Of a stretch of DNA of 64,000 nucleotides, positions 62,125 to 64,000 are shown piece after piece; positions within the stretch are counted from its first letter, which is position 1, and each line of letters opens with the position of its first letter. The notes under the pieces are model-generated. The model saw only the letters and a list, made by a program, of their open reading frames with translations, was not told the DNA's origin and made no database searches. The stretch is from Amphiscolops sp. MND2022 (taxonomy: Eukaryota): NCBI GenBank assembly GCA_964187785.1, contig OZ076410.1:58776001-58840000 (forward strand), read 5' to 3'. The position numbers and the translations under genes are program-made.

Positions 62125-62770
62125 TGTCGTAACCATCTTCATCACTTTGTTCAAAATCTACTAGATTCTCCCTACGGTGATTATTCTGGTTACTGGAAGT
62201 TGCGATTAATTTAGGAAAGTTCTCACCTGAGTCCTGGACCTGTTGGCAAAATTTACTTTTATGCCGTCCATGTGACTCAAGGACTGAATTTTGAGTCATT
62301 TGGATGTTTCTATCTGGATGCCGTCCATCTGACCGAAGGTCCCATTTTGTATTTTTAGCTTCCCTATTGCTTGTAATTACGTTTTCAATGCTTGGCAATA
62401 TCCTTTCCTCAATTGCTGAGTTTATAACCTCCAAAATATGAGAATTTAAGTCTGATTTCATTTCCTCTATTTTCCTTGACATTTGTGACGAAATTTCTGA
62501 GTTTATCATTCTACTAGTCTCAACGGTAATTTCACTGTTTTCACTCAAGTTAGTGTTTAGGAGTGATCTATAGTTTGACTCATTTTGGTCTAAGTCCTGT
62601 TGCCGTCTTCCTGACTCAGGGTCCATTTCTATCTGATCAATGGCTTCTTGATCTCTATTTTCACTATGGGTGTAACTTCCCAACATCACGTCTAAATTCT
62701 CAATATCTGACATTGCGTCAGAGTGCCTTGAGCGTTTCTCTTTGGCCTTTTGCTTTCTTGTTGAAGGCAT
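62125..62770 (-). CDS. LTR-internal ORF, about 215 codons, unknown function (basic N-terminus, helical core); runs off the LTR end
   Basis: MPSTRKQKAKEKRSRHSDAMSDIENLDVMLG...SDEDGYD with no stop within the LTR; homolog at 266-804. Confidence 0.55.
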
Positions 62771-62958
62771 ATCAATAAAGAATTTCAGATTTCAACAATG
62801 AATTGAATATCGCAGTAGTGTGAACAGTGTGGTTGTAAGTGTATTGAATGAATCTCTATTATTGGAAACATACATATATATACTAACTACAGCATGACGC
62901 TCAATCTTTAGGGTGTCATTTATCAAAAATAGCAATGATGTCATTGTCTAAAATAGCA
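62125..62958 (-). mobile_element. Solo LTR (834 bp) containing a long ORF
   Basis: Minus strand TGCTATTT...GGTTACGACA; 4-bp TSD TCTT at 62121-62124 and 62959-62962. Confidence 0.7.
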
Positions 62959-63528
62959 TCTTCTAAAAATAGGCTAATAGGGTTAAATTAACCTTACGTC
63001 ATTTGCCCTATTAACTATAAATAGCAACAGCAACAATTTGATTCTAATAACTACATGTTAACAGCAACAATACATGCGTCCAAAATGATATTAAACTGAA
63101 TGGACCAATGGTCATCGTGGCGGCAGTATAATACTGGTTACTGCAATATGATTGGTCAAAAGTAGTTCGGACAACGCGTCAACTTGACGGCAACGCTGTA
63201 CCAGTTGAACGCGTTTCCTGTACTTTGTCAGCTTACAGCATCAATCGATTAATCATTAATCCAGCTTTGTCAATAGCAACAAACAATTTACTATAGGTCT
63301 GTGTGAAAATACTAGTTCACAACAGGTAAGGTTTATCGTGAATAATACTACATGTCGTTTTATGATGGTAAAAATACAAGTAAGCGTTTGCCGTCGAGTT
63401 GACCTTAGGTCACAAATTATAAAGTAAATGCGCACAGTGACTAAATTAAGCAACGAAACAGTAAGATATTGACATGTATAGTAAAATAATGATATTCGTG
63501 AATGTTTTAATTGAGTTCTGAGTTCTGC

Positions 63529-64000
63529 CTATATTGGGAGGACACCTGGGCGGGGAACGTTTGAGTCATCTCCAGGGGTGATCTGATATAGTAGACCGTC
63601 GCAGGCGGCAGTCTCCGACACTCCCCTGGGGATGAGAATGAAGGATCCCGCCTTCATTCCGGCTTCGAAGGCGTCTCTTTTTGCAAGCCTCGTTTCGTAG
63701 GATTCGCCTGCAACATGTGTACGTTCTAAGTAGCCAAGTGTAATTTCCTCTTTGATCGCAGAGTAGTCTTTTCCGCACACTACACATCCCGTGTAATAGA
63801 CATCATTTGGCTGCCCACAAGTCCCACCGATGCTTATTGCCAATCCCGTAATGTGAGGGTTGTTAATCCAACTGTCATCTTGAGGTGGCAAGTGGGTTTC
63901 TCGCGGATCATCATAAGCTGGTCTCTGGTCGATTAATGGAGGAGACAGAGGGGATTCTAAGATTGGGTTGAATTGGCTACATTGGGCTATTGGGTGATCA
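63529..64000 (-). CDS. Partial ORF of unknown function, open beyond the window end
   Basis: The frame stays open from 63529 to the window edge (more than 155 codons); CxxC (CVVCG); GC content above the surroundings. Confidence 0.4.
   Translation of the reverse strand, partial: DHPIAQCSQFNPILESPLSPPLIDQRPAYDDPRETHLPPQDDSWINNPHITGLAISIGGTCGQPNDVYYTGCVVCGKDYSAIKEEITLGYLERTHVAGESYETRLAKRDAFEAGMKAGSFILIPRGVSETAACDGLLYQITPGDDSNVPRPGVLPI

Overview
AT-rich, repeat-dominated eukaryotic (animal-type) genomic DNA; no prokaryotic operons, rRNA or CRISPR arrays. The species cannot be assigned from the sequence. About 60% of the window is decayed retroelement sequence. (1) A full-length Ty3/Gypsy element lies at 3103-9144 (-), with a GTACT target-site duplication (TSD) and an RT motif reading WLDD. 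(2) A BEL/Pao element ('BEL-outer', 10681-27993, +, TSD TACAA) has a second BEL/Pao element ('BEL-inner', 12034-20597, -, TSD ACCAT) nested inside it. (3) A third, scrambled BEL/Pao remnant occupies about 37.3-44.4 kb. Also present: LINE RT fragments, an IS630/Tc1-type transposase, MITEs, Helentron/DINE-like non-autonomous repeats, several ORF-bearing LTR-like repeats, a 2047-bp tandem duplication, and a probable host gene for a divergent class A GPCR (52.7-54.9 kb, -). The most notable result is an accessory module shared by both BEL elements upstream of gag. It consists of a ~220-codon SGNH/GDSL-hydrolase-like ORF with a basic C-terminal tail, followed by three stem-loops with compensatory base changes. 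The ORF track misses this ORF because it is broken by stops and frameshifts and, in BEL-outer, split by the nested insertion. BEL-inner also carries a tRNA-Gly-like A/B-box module in both LTRs. All alignments and identities were done by eye and are approximate.
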